From NCBI GenBank assembly GCA_963844715.1, contig CAWJPJ010000007.1:768001-832000 (forward strand): a stretch of DNA of 64,000 bases, given 5' to 3'. Shown in pieces: positions 23,066-32,316 of this stretch. Under the pieces are notes generated by a model, which did not search any database, had not been told where the DNA came from, and worked only from the letters and a program-made list of their open reading frames with translations. Source of the DNA: an uncultured Phycisphaerales bacterium. GTDB lineage: Bacteria > Planctomycetota > Phycisphaerae > Tepidisphaerales > Tepidisphaeraceae. The stretch's first letter is position 1, and every line of letters starts with the position of its first letter. Position numbers and translations under genes: made by a program.

Positions 23066-23752
23066 CTTGCGCTGATTCTATTTGCGGGCCCCGCCTCCAT
23101 GCGCCGGGTCTCCAAAAATTTCAGCAAATCATCCATTCCCTTTCCGCTGCGCGAAGAAACTTCCATCACGTTCATCCCCGGCCGCACCGATTGGATATTC
23201 TTCATCGCCGTCGCCCGGTCGAACTGCGTCGCCTCCGCCAGATCGATTTTGCTGATCACGCACACGTCCGCCGTGTTGAAAATCGTCGGATATTTCAGCG
23301 GCTTGTCCTCCCCCTCGGTCACCGAAAATAGCACCAGCCGCAAATCCTCCCCCAGATCGTAACTCGACGGACAAACCAGATTCCCCACGTTCTCTATAAA
23401 TAGATAATCCAATTCCGCCGGCTTCCAATCCCCCAGCGCGCTCTTCACCATTTCCGCTTCCAGATGGCAAATCGTCCCCGTCACGATCTGCCTCACCGGC
23501 GCCCCGCTCCGCGCCAGCCGCTGCGCGTCGTTGTCCGTCGCCAGATCGCCCACCAGCGCCGCCACCCGTCGGCTCTTTCGCAATTCCGTCAAAATCGCCT
23601 CCAGCAGCGCCGTCTTCCCCGACCCCGGGCTCGACACCATGCTCACCACAAAAACTCCCGCCCCATGAAACTGCTCGCGAAGTTCGCGCGACGACATCGT
23701 TTTGCTTCAGCACTTTCTGCCGGACTTCAACCAGCCTTGTTTTCGTCGTCAT
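23062..23752 (-). CDS. hypB: Nickel-incorporation GTPase HypB (frameshift near 23700)
   Basis: SSPGSGKT, CHL, ENVGNLVCP and EGEDKPLKYP motifs. Confidence 0.93.
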
Positions 23753-24094
23753 CGCAAACCTCCATCGCGGTGATCTCCAATTCCCGACCGTGGATGATTT
23801 TCTCCATCGGTGTCCCGCACTCCGCGCAGCAAATCTCCTGCTCCGAAACCGCCGGCTGCTCCTTCCCGCACTTCTGGCAATACCCAACAATAGGCACGTC
23901 TTCGATTTCCAGCACACATTTCGCGAACGGAGTGTTCTCTCGCGCAGCTCAAACGCCGAAATCAGCGCCTCCCGAATCACCCCCGAAAGCGGCCCCACCT
24001 TCAAATGAATCGCCGTCACCTCTGAAAAACTTTGCTGCTTCGCCTGCTCCTCGGCAACATCCAAAATGCTCAAAGCAATCGAAAGTTCGTGCAC
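23727..24094 (-). CDS. hypA: Nickel metallochaperone HypA (frameshift near 23945)
   Basis: MHELSIA start; CQKC...CAECG zinc site; GREL. Confidence 0.9.
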
Positions 24095-24162
24095 AAGTGA
24101 ATTTTACCCGAAATTACGGCGTCCCCCTACGCCAATTGCGACCCGGCATTTCGCCCCGGTCT

Positions 24163-25674
24163 TTATTTCGCGTCATCAACCGCCATCGCCCGAGGCGCCT
24201 GATGCTTGTGTGGAGCAACTCCCACATGCACCAGCAAATCCTGCGGCTTCACCTTCCGCCCATACTCGCTGGCCCGCCGCATCGAATACTGCACTTCCCT
24301 GAAATGGTCGGCATAAAACCGATCCACGTTGTACGCCTTGGAAAACTTAAACAGCATGCGCAGGAAATTCGTCTGCCCGCGCATAAGCTGCCCCGCCAGA
24401 ATTCGCGAAACCGCGACCGCCGTCTTCCACCCCATGAATTTCCGGTTGATGATCTCCTGCGTCTTCACCAGCTCCTCATAAAACTCCCGCAGCGGCAGCT
24501 TCGTTTCCATCACCGCATGCTGAATGTCATAAAGCCGGTAATCCAGACTGCTCAGCTCCCGCGATTCCGTGTGGAACAATTCCGTCCCCGGATACGGCGT
24601 CGCCACCGTCAGATGCACCACCTCCGGCACCTTCGTCGCCCATTCCTGCGCCCGCTGGAAATGCTCCCGCGACCACGAAGGATCGGTGATCAGATTGATC
24701 GCCACGTTGATCCCTAGCTTCCGCGCGACTTCCAAAGCCTCAAAATTCTGATTCGGCGTCGTCCGCTTGCGGAACATTTTCAATTGCTCCGCGTCCAGCG
24801 ATTCCAACCCCAGAAACATGTACGTCAACCCCAGCTTCGCCCACCGCGCAAAAACTTCCTGGTTCCGAATCAGTACGTCGCACCGCGTTTCCAGGTAATA
24901 GCGCTTGCGAATTCCCCGCCGTTCGATCTCATCGGCGATCGCCATCCCATGATCCGGATGAATAAACGCCACATCATCGACGATGAAGACATTCGGCTCC
25001 CGAATCGTGCGCATCTCTTCGGCGACAACCGCCGGATCGGCCTGCCGATAGCTTCGTCCATAAAACGTCCACGCGCTGCAAAACGAGCAATCCCACGGGC
25101 ACCCGCGCGAAAATTCGATGCTCGCGCAAGGGTCCAGCTCTCCAATGAAATATTTCCGCCGCTTGCGAGTCAGGTGCCGGGCCGGCCGGCTGGTGTTCAA
25201 ATCCGTCATCATCTGCGCTCGCGGCCCAGACCCCGCCGCCGTCGCCACACCCGCCAGCCCGTCCACTTGCGGCACGCGCTCCAGCATCTTGGGAACGGTT
25301 ATTTCCCCCTCCCCCTGAACGATTGCATCGATCGCCCCATCCCCATGACGGAGAACTTCCTCCGCGATAAAGCTGATGCTATGCCCCCCGCAAAAGATGA
25401 AGCACCGCGGATTCCTCTTCCGCGCCAGTTTCGCCAGATCAATCACCTCCGGCACATTCGCGAGATAATTGACGCTGAACCCAATCGCGTCCGGCCCAAA
25501 CGCCGCGATCTCCCGCTCAAAATCCCGCTGCCGAAAGACCTGCAAATCCAGCAGGCGCACTTCATGCCCCGCCCGCTCCACCGCCCCGGCCACGCACTCC
25601 ATGCCCAGCGGCTCAAGACGAAGATAGACTTCGGAATACAGCAGGGCACTTGGGTGCACCAGCATGACCTTCAT
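24163..25674 (-). CDS. hpnR: Cobalamin-dependent radical SAM methylase, likely hopanoid C-3 methylase HpnR
   Basis: N-terminus VHPSALLYSEVYLRLEPLG, B12-binding GGH, CPWDCSFCSAWTFYGRSYR, YRLYDIQHAV; matches my recollection of HpnR. Confidence 0.8.
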   Translation of the reverse strand: MKVMLVHPSALLYSEVYLRLEPLGMECVAGAVERAGHEVRLLDLQVFRQRDFEREIAAFGPDAIGFSVNYLANVPEVIDLAKLARKRNPRCFIFCGGHSISFIAEEVLRHGDGAIDAIVQGEGEITVPKMLERVPQVDGLAGVATAAGSGPRAQMMTDLNTSRPARHLTRKRRKYFIGELDPCASIEFSRGCPWDCSFCSAWTFYGRSYRQADPAVVAEEMRTIREPNVFIVDDVAFIHPDHGMAIADEIERRGIRKRYYLETRCDVLIRNQEVFARWAKLGLTYMFLGLESLDAEQLKMFRKRTTPNQNFEALEVARKLGINVAINLITDPSWSREHFQRAQEWATKVPEVVHLTVATPYPGTELFHTESRELSSLDYRLYDIQHAVMETKLPLREFYEELVKTQEIINRKFMGWKTAVAVSRILAGQLMRGQTNFLRMLFKFSKAYNVDRFYADHFREVQYSMRRASEYGRKVKPQDLLVHVGVAPHKHQAPRAMAVDDAK

Positions 25675-25840
25675 AGCAATCACTCACATTTTCTAAGCGA
25701 TGAAAAATCAACCCGCGCGGAATGCACCCCGGCATCCTAACCGAGGTTCATTCAGATTTGAATGGTATATCTTGGCCGCCCGGCTGCCCCCTGAAGATCT
25801 GCGGCGATATCCCCAAAACTTCGCTTGGATTCACCTTAAA

Positions 25841-25914
25841 TGGGCGATACAGGGCTCGAACCTGTGACCCCCAGCGTGTCATGCTGGTGCGCTAGCCAAC
25901 TGCGCCAATCGCCC
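25841..25914 (-). tRNA. tRNA-Val(GAC), CCA not encoded
   Basis: GGGCGAT acceptor stem, TGGCGCAGTTGGCTAGCGC D-arm, anticodon arm CCAGC-AT-GAC-AC-GCTGG, GGTTCGAG T-loop. Confidence 0.95.
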
Positions 25915-25950
25915 GAGATTTCCCGATGCTAGCCCCCCCGACCCCTTCCA

Positions 25951-26925
25951 TCAAGTCGAACTTGCCTGAATCACTGCATCTCGCCGCCGCAGCGGCAAAA
26001 CCGCCCAAAAAACCATCCCCCCCAAACAATTCAACAGCCCCAAAATCATGCTCGTACTCCACCCATAGCTATGCCCCCCCAAATGCAATTGCCAGATCGG
26101 CGGCTCGACGCGAATCAACTCCAACACAAACCTTCCCAATCCCTCCAAAATCAGCATCAGCGCAAACACTCTCCCAGCCACATGCGGCAGCGAAAAATAC
26201 GCGATCAATAAACCCGCCAGCAAAAACGCCGTGATCGAACTGTAAATCTCCGCCGGATGCACCGGCAGCGCCCGCGAATCCTCCGCCATCGTCTGTAGCG
26301 CCGAGTTCGATTGAATTGTTTGGCCATGCGGCGCAAGCAGTGTCATTCTTCCAGCCGCATCCTGCCACACCAGCGGCGGCGGGGCGCTATCTCCCCTTTT
26401 TCAAATTGCTCCACATACGCGTTGCTGTCGTACGGAAACCGCACCGCCCACGGCAAATCGCACCGCTCCCCATAGCAACACCCATTCATAAAACACCCGA
26501 TCCGCCCCAGCCCCAATCCGATCATCAGCACCGGCGCCACGATATCCATCCCCACCAGCACCGGTATTCGGTTCCGGATCGCGTAAGCGATGCACGCCGG
26601 CGTCGCCAGCAAAAAACCCCCGTAAAACGTCAGACCGCCCGAGCGCGTGTTGACGATATTGGCCAGATTCTGCCAGACGCTCAGGTCGCCGCGGGTATAT
26701 TCGCCCAGGTTTTCGATCACATGACAAAGCCGCGCTCTCGATGATCCCCGTGATCATTGCCACCGCCGCCGCCCCGCTGAAAAGCTCCGGCTTGATCCCC
26801 GCGAATTTCCCCAGCCATTGCCCCGTCTTCACGCAAGCCAGATACGCCACCACCAGCATGACCCCGTATCCGTAGACCGGAATCACATGCCCAAACAAAT
26901 GCAATCGCAAAACTTCCTGCAACAT
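25951..26925 (-). CDS. lgt: Prolipoprotein diacylglyceryl transferase (frameshifts near 26740 and 26375)
   Basis: YGYGVM, GGLTFYGG, GRIGCFMNGCCYG, HPAEIY and RFVLELIR motifs. Confidence 0.9.
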
Positions 26926-26962
26926 AGATCGGAGATTCTACGAATAATATCCAAACCGCGCG

Positions 26963-27017
26963 CCCCTCTTATCCCCTCTCCCTGTCTTCCGCTAGTTTCG
27001 GCACGACGGGTGAGGGG
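26963..27017. repeat. Degenerate REP-like CCCTCTCCC element
   Basis: Shares CCCCTCTTATCCCCTCTCCCTGT (23 nt) and GGGTGAGGGG with the copy at 38411. Confidence 0.65.
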
Positions 27018-27045
27018 CCAGGGCGAAAATCAATTACGATCTGTA

Positions 27046-27423
27046 TTACTCGCCCAACGTCGCCTGATCGATCGTCTCAATCGCCTGATTCCGCTCATTC
27101 ACAATCACCACGCGCGACGTATGCTTCTCGATCTTGTCCGCCTCGGCCAGCACGAAACTCATAATGATCACTTTATTCCCCACCCGGCAAAGCCGCGCCG
27201 CCGCCCCGTTGATTCCGATGATACCGCTCCCGCGCTCCCCGGGAATCACATAAGTCTCAAACCGATTCCCATTCTCGCAATCCGCGACCATCACCGCCTC
27301 ATTCGGCAGCAGCCCGCTGGCCGCGAGCAGATCCCGATCGATGGTCACGCTTCCGTGATAATTCGCATCCGTCATCGTAACCGTCGCCCGGTGAATTTTG
27401 GCTTTCAGGAGCTTAATCAGCAT
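27046..27423 (-). CDS. panD: Aspartate 1-decarboxylase
   Basis: KAKIHRATVT, YHGSVTID self-cleavage site, NGNRFETY and INGAAAR. Confidence 0.95.
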   Translation of the reverse strand: MLIKLLKAKIHRATVTMTDANYHGSVTIDRDLLAASGLLPNEAVMVADCENGNRFETYVIPGERGSGIIGINGAAARLCRVGNKVIIMSFVLAEADKIEKHTSRVVIVNERNQAIETIDQATLGE

Positions 27424-27532
27424 GGAAATGCAATTGTAGGGCCAACCCCCAGCCGATGACAGACCCACGCTTTACAAGCCGCTTGTCCCTTTATAATTGC
27501 AAGAAACCCGCCCTGCGGCCGATGATTGCGGC

Positions 27533-28275
27533 ATGGGGACGGGCCAACTATCTCAAATCCAATGCCCCCCTGCGGCAAGCGATTTCCCTGGTCGGAAAAA
27601 ATCGCCGGACGAAACGTCCGCTGCCCCTGCGGGAAGGTATTTACCTGCCCCGATACCTTGCCCCAACACGAAGAAGATTCCTACGACCTCGCCGAAGAGC
27701 CAAAGCATAATCCCGCGCCGCCCGTTCAAAAAATCGCGCCATCTGTGCAACCCCTCGCCTATGCCACTCCGCAAAAAAACGCACAGCCGGCGGTCGACAA
27801 TTCCGAAGCGCTCAAAAATATTTATCTTCCCCTCTGGCTGCTCGGCGGAGGAATGGCGGTCGAAATCATCTGGGCCGTTCTCCAATCACGCCAAAATTTC
27901 CCCTCCGCCATGCTCGACCTCGGCGTCGGCGTAATCGGCACCTCGGCCATCATGCTGGTCGGCGTCCTCATCGCCGCCAAACTCCGCAACATAAATCTGG
28001 GCACTCTGCCGAGCGCGATGTTGAAACTATTGGCGATCTCAATCGCCACCACCGCCGTCTTCCACATCATCGCGCCGTTCCTCGTCATCGTCCCCAGTGT
28101 CTATTTCCTCCCCCTCGGCCAATTAGCCGGCGCCGGCGCCGAATTTTGTCTCTTTTTCGCGCCGATGGGCGTGCTCTTCGATCTGGACGAAAGCGATACG
28201 TGGTATTTCATCAGGATCATCGCCCTGATCGGAATCGGCATGTATTTCGTGAGGTATTTTGCGTCTGGGGCGTAA
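27533..28275 (+). CDS. Membrane protein with an N-terminal zinc ribbon (frameshift in the C-run near 27565)
   Basis: C..CGKRF...RCPCG, Pro-rich linker with LAYATP, about five TM helices. Confidence 0.65.
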
Positions 28276-28286
28276 GATCGAGTCCC

Positions 28287-28550
28287 ATGACGCAAACTCT
28301 ACCCAAATCGCATTCCACTGACGTGAAAATGTGGCTCGATTGCGGCGAGCATGGAATGGTGCCCCTCAGTCGAATTACGCCCACTTCGGTCGTCGCCAGG
28401 ATCTCAAAGGATATTCCTCCCTGCGACGCAAAATTGGTCGTTACCGTCGACGGCTATCGAATGCAGAACCGGATCAGGCTTTCCGAGGGGTTTCGAAAAG
28501 GACGCCGCACCGCGGTGGCCCTCCCCATCGACGATATCGCTCCGTTTTAG
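28287..28550 (+). CDS. Small hypothetical protein
   Basis: 87-aa ORF starting 11 nt after the previous stop. Confidence 0.5.
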   Translation: MTQTLPKSHSTDVKMWLDCGEHGMVPLSRITPTSVVARISKDIPPCDAKLVVTVDGYRMQNRIRLSEGFRKGRRTAVALPIDDIAPF

Positions 28551-28585
28551 GGCGTCAAAATCACATTATCGATCAGCGGACTATT
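28549..28585. repeat. Imperfect direct repeat of the panC 3' end (other copy at 29328..29364)
   Basis: AGGGCGTCAAAATCACATTATCgATCAGCgGAcTATT versus AGGGCGTCAAAATCACATTATCaATCAGCcGAgTATT; 34/37 identical. Confidence 0.9.
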
Positions 28586-28610
28586 ACGAAGCAGTTTGAA
28601 TGCATAGTCA

Positions 28611-28998
28611 CTATCTTGAGTTTTGAACAAGCGGCAACAACGCGTCGTGCAAGCGATTCGCGATCGCCATGGCGCGAGAAGCGACCTCTCGGTCCGCCCA
28701 TTGGCCCGGATATCCGTAGATCACCGAGGCCATAGTCAGAAACTGAAGTTCGGCCTCGTCCCAATTCCATACGGGCATGACCGTGCCAAACATCCGGCTG
28801 AGTTGCACCAAGTCATGACTCTTTTGGGGCAAGGTTTCTCGATCGATCAGCGCGCCTTTGATTAGCTTTTCAACCGATTGCTGGCTCAAGAAGCACATCA
28901 AATCCCAATTTGCGGTCTCTCCCCGCTCAATTTCTAAGTGCGGCGGATTTCAAGTCGTTGGCCGCTTTAGCCAGCCACTCGCGCACGACTTCGGTCAT
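28611..28998 (-). CDS. HEPN-domain protein (frameshift near 28940)
   Basis: MTEVVREWLAKAANDL...CFLSQQSVEKLIKG...KSHDL...YPG. Confidence 0.8.
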
Positions 28999-29299
28999 AG
29001 AGCACTCGTCCCCTGTCCAGAGCCTCGCGCACGAGCGGGTCAAATTCCTCGTATCGCTTCACCAGTTCGGCTGGCCTTAGAAGTATTAGATCGACAGCGA
29101 ATTTCGGCCGGACCGCCGACCAAATCGATAACCCCTGGTCGATCGCCCGTCCTTGGAAATCCATGACGATCAGCAAATCCACATCCGAGTTCGCCTGAGC
29201 CGTCCCGTTGCTGTGTGATCCAAAGAGCACAATCTTTTCCGCGGCGAATCGAGCTCCGATATCGTCGGCCAATTTCTGGATATCCGGCAGCGGAATCAT
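28967..29299 (-). CDS. Minimal nucleotidyltransferase (MNT) antitoxin-like protein
   Basis: LFGSHSNGTAQANSDVDLL (GS-x10-DxD motif). Confidence 0.85.
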   Translation of the reverse strand: MIPLPDIQKLADDIGARFAAEKIVLFGSHSNGTAQANSDVDLLIVMDFQGRAIDQGLSIWSAVRPKFAVDLILLRPAELVKRYEEFDPLVREALDRGRVLYDRSRARVAG

Positions 29300-29325
29300 G
29301 TCCACATTATACTCAGGAACCGACC

Positions 29326-30195
29326 TCAGGGCGTCAAAATCACATTATCAATCAGCCGAGTATTCCCCACCCGCGCCGCCACCGCCAATAGCGTCGGCGC
29401 CATCGCGATTTGTACATCCTTCAGCGTCAGCGCATCCACCGCCGCGATGTAGTCGATCGACACGTGAATTTTCCCCAGCGTCCCCGCGTCCAGGAGACTC
29501 TTCTTCACCGTCGCCACCAGCCGGTTCGTCTGCCGAACCCCTCTATCGAATTCCTCCCGCGCCGCGAACAATCCCCGGCTGATCGACAGCGCCCGCTGCC
29601 TCTCGTCGGCCGATAAATACTGGTTTCGGCTGCTCATCGCCAATCCGTCGCTCTCCCGAAACGTCGGACAAGCCACAATCTCGATCGGCCAATTCAGCGT
29701 TTCCGTCATCGCCTGCAAAACCCGCAGCTGCTGATAATCCTTCTGCCCAAAGCACGCCACGTCCGGCTCCACGATGTTGAACAGCTTCGCCACCACCTGG
29801 CAAACCCCCTTGAAATGATTCGGCCGAATCCGCCCCTCCAGCATCCCCGTCAGCGGCGGAATATCCAAATGCACGAGTTCCGCCGGCGTCTCCGACAATC
29901 CCCCGCCCGGATACATCTCCTCCACCGAGGGATTGAATACCATCTCCACTCCCGCCCCCCGGCATTTCTCCAAATCCCCCTCCAGCGGCCGGGGATACCG
30001 CACAAAATCCTCCTTCGGCCCAAACTGCGTCGGATTCACAAATATGCTCACCGCCACATGCTCCGCGCGCTTTTTCGCAATCTCAACGAGCGAAAGATGC
30101 CCCGCATGCAAAGCCCCCATCGTCGGCACCAGCGCCAACCGCCCCAGCTTGGAACGCTCCTCCCGACAGCCGGCAATAGTGGTTGTGACGATCAT
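29326..30195 (-). CDS. panC: Pantoate--beta-alanine ligase
   Basis: PTMGALHAGH, SIFVNPTQF, FGQKDYQQ, GLAMSSRN and RLIDN motifs. Confidence 0.97.
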   Translation of the reverse strand: MIVTTTIAGCREERSKLGRLALVPTMGALHAGHLSLVEIAKKRAEHVAVSIFVNPTQFGPKEDFVRYPRPLEGDLEKCRGAGVEMVFNPSVEEMYPGGGLSETPAELVHLDIPPLTGMLEGRIRPNHFKGVCQVVAKLFNIVEPDVACFGQKDYQQLRVLQAMTETLNWPIEIVACPTFRESDGLAMSSRNQYLSADERQRALSISRGLFAAREEFDRGVRQTNRLVATVKKSLLDAGTLGKIHVSIDYIAAVDALTLKDVQIAMAPTLLAVAARVGNTRLIDNVILTP

Positions 30196-30222
30196 GCGGG
30201 CCGAAATGTAACCGCGGTACAC

Positions 30223-30346
30223 GGAAACCAGAAATCCGAAACCAGAAACTCGAATCAAACCAGAATGCTCAAATGCCTAAACGGCCCTTGGCTCATTCCG
30301 TCATTCGGGTTTGATTCTGATTTCGGGTTTCTGGATTCGGATTTCC
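30223..30346. repeat. 7-nt-unit palindromic element (GAAACCA type)
   Basis: GGAAACCAGAAATCCGAAACCAGAAACTCGAATCAAACC ... GGTTTGATTCTGATTTCGGGTTTCTGGATTCGGATTTCC. Confidence 0.85.
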
Positions 30347-30432
30347 ATCAATTTTAAGCGAATTATCCTTGTCCAAATGGTCGTATACGGGATATCGTTT
30401 TAATAGCGCTGCGGTTTCACTTAGGAGGTCTT

Positions 30433-30891
30433 ATGAACCTGCAGATGTATCTCGATCAAATGGGTGTTCACTATTCCGTATCCCGGCATCCCTCGGTTTA
30501 CACCGCTCAAGCCCTGGCCGAGGTCGAGCATGTCTCCGGCCGTCAGGTCATCAAGCCGGTTGTCGTGCGGGCGGACGGGCGCTTCATCCTCTGCGCTCTG
30601 CCCGCATGCTATCGACTCGATCTGGCAAAGGTGCGTGACTTGCTCCATGCCGATGCCGTCTCGCTGGTTCCGGAATCCACCCTCGGCGATCTTTTCCCCG
30701 GCTGCGAACTCGGCGCCGAGCCCCCGATCGGGCGCATGTTCGGCCTGGAAACTTTCGTCGACACCGCCGTCATCGCGGACGAGCGTGTCGTCTTCCAGGC
30801 CGGCACCCATCAGGATTCGGTGACCATGAAATTGGCCGATTACCGCCGGATCGCCCAGCCGCACATCGCCGAGATCAGCTACCCCGCGTAG
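30433..30891 (+). CDS. YbaK/EbsC-family aminoacyl-tRNA deacylase
   Basis: VIKPVVV, FPGCELGAEPPIG and AGTH motifs; AGGAGG RBS. Confidence 0.85.
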   Translation: MNLQMYLDQMGVHYSVSRHPSVYTAQALAEVEHVSGRQVIKPVVVRADGRFILCALPACYRLDLAKVRDLLHADAVSLVPESTLGDLFPGCELGAEPPIGRMFGLETFVDTAVIADERVVFQAGTHQDSVTMKLADYRRIAQPHIAEISYPA

Positions 30892-30915
30892 CCCGGCGAG
30901 CCGTAGGCCGCCGCT

Positions 30916-32184
30916 CTAGCGGATGTGTCCGTCGCCCGTCACGACCCACTTGTAGGTCGTCAAATCCGCCGCCCCCATGGGTCCGCGCGCGTGTAGCTTG
31001 TCCGTGCTGATCCCGATCTCCGCCCCCAGTCCATATTCCCCGCCGTCGGCAAATCGCGTGCTTGCGTTCACCATCACACTGGCCGAATCCACGCCGGCTG
31101 CGAATCGCTCGATCGCCGCCGCCGAATCGCTCACGATCCCATCCGTGTGATGGCTCCCATATTCATTGATGTGCGCAACCGCCTCATCCACCGAATCCAC
31201 GACCTTCATCGCCACGATCAGGTTGAGATATTCCAGCGGCCAATCCGCTTCAGTTGCGAGCTTCGCCGATGGATAAATCTGCCGGGTCGCCTCATCCCCG
31301 CGAATCTCGACGCCCTTGCTCGCCAGATCGCCGCACACGCTGGCCAGCAATCTTCCCGCCGCCGCCCGATGAAACAAAATCTTCTCCACCGCGTTGCACA
31401 CCGCCCCCCCGGGATAGCTCGTCTTGGCGTTCACGCAAATCTCGCGCACCTGCTTCTCCATCTTTTCCGTGGCCGCATCCACGTAAATATGGCAGTTCCC
31501 CGTGAAATGTTTCAGCACCGGAATCGTCGATTCCTCCGCCACCGCCCGGATCAGCGATTCCCCCCCGCGCGGAATTACCAGGTCAATATATTTATCCAGT
31601 TTCAGCAGCGGGGGCACCAGCGCCCGATCCGTCGATTCGATCAACTGCACCGCCCCCGGATCGATGCCCGCGTCCTTTAGTGATTGCGAAATGATCTTCG
31701 CGATCGCCAGATTGGAATGGATCGATTCCTTCCCCCCGCGAAGAATGATCGCGTTTCCGCTCTTGATGCAAAGCGCCGCCGCGTCGCTGGTGACGTTCGG
31801 CCTGCTCTCATAAAAAAACAGCACCACCCCCAGCGGCACGCGCACCTTCTCAATCCGCAATCCATTCGGCCGTACATACCCCTCGATAATCTGCCCGACC
31901 GGATCCACCTGCGAAGCAATCTGCTCGACCCCCTCGGCCATGGAATTGATGCGCTTTTCCGTGAGCTTCAATCTCTCGATGAGTGCCCCCTGCATCTCCC
32001 CCTTTTTCGCCGCCTCGACATCCATGGCGTTGGCCGCCAGCAGGGCATCCGGATTCTGCCGAATCGCCGCCGCCATCTTTCGCAAAGCCGCCGATTTCAC
32101 CGAATCGCGCAGTGAAACCAGTTGCGTCGCCGCCCGCCGCGCGTTCCGCCCCAATTCCAAGATATACGCCTGTAAATCCTGCAT
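30916..32184 (-). CDS. proA: Gamma-glutamyl phosphate reductase
   Basis: YESRPNVT, CNAVE, NASTRFADG and GISTDKLHARGPMG. Confidence 0.97.
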   Translation of the reverse strand: MQDLQAYILELGRNARRAATQLVSLRDSVKSAALRKMAAAIRQNPDALLAANAMDVEAAKKGEMQGALIERLKLTEKRINSMAEGVEQIASQVDPVGQIIEGYVRPNGLRIEKVRVPLGVVLFFYESRPNVTSDAAALCIKSGNAIILRGGKESIHSNLAIAKIISQSLKDAGIDPGAVQLIESTDRALVPPLLKLDKYIDLVIPRGGESLIRAVAEESTIPVLKHFTGNCHIYVDAATEKMEKQVREICVNAKTSYPGGAVCNAVEKILFHRAAAGRLLASVCGDLASKGVEIRGDEATRQIYPSAKLATEADWPLEYLNLIVAMKVVDSVDEAVAHINEYGSHHTDGIVSDSAAAIERFAAGVDSASVMVNASTRFADGGEYGLGAEIGISTDKLHARGPMGAADLTTYKWVVTGDGHIR

Positions 32185-32227
32185 GGATGAGCCATTCTAG
32201 CATCGCCCCCGCCGCATTGCATTCCCC

Positions 32228-32261
32228 TTCGTGCCTCCGTGCCTGCGTGCCTCCGTGCCTT
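32228..32261. repeat. Short tandem repeat, 8-nt unit CGTGCCT(C/G) x4
   Basis: TTCGTGCCTCCGTGCCTGCGTGCCTCCGTGCCTT. Confidence 0.8.
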
Positions 32262-32316
32262 CTTTTATTCATCCGCCCCTTCCCGCGTGTAGTATCAAGA
32301 ACAGGAGCTGCACCCC

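Noticed and set aside
23129..24094. 321-aa extended HypA
   Set aside because: Frameshift read-through; normal HypA and HypB are recovered in other frames
25684..25840. Cobalamin riboswitch upstream of the B12 radical SAM gene
   Set aside because: No recognisable B12-box or conserved core in this short spacer
25841..25914. tRNA-Val as an integration site of an island
   Set aside because: I saw no duplicated tRNA 3' end and no integrase in the window
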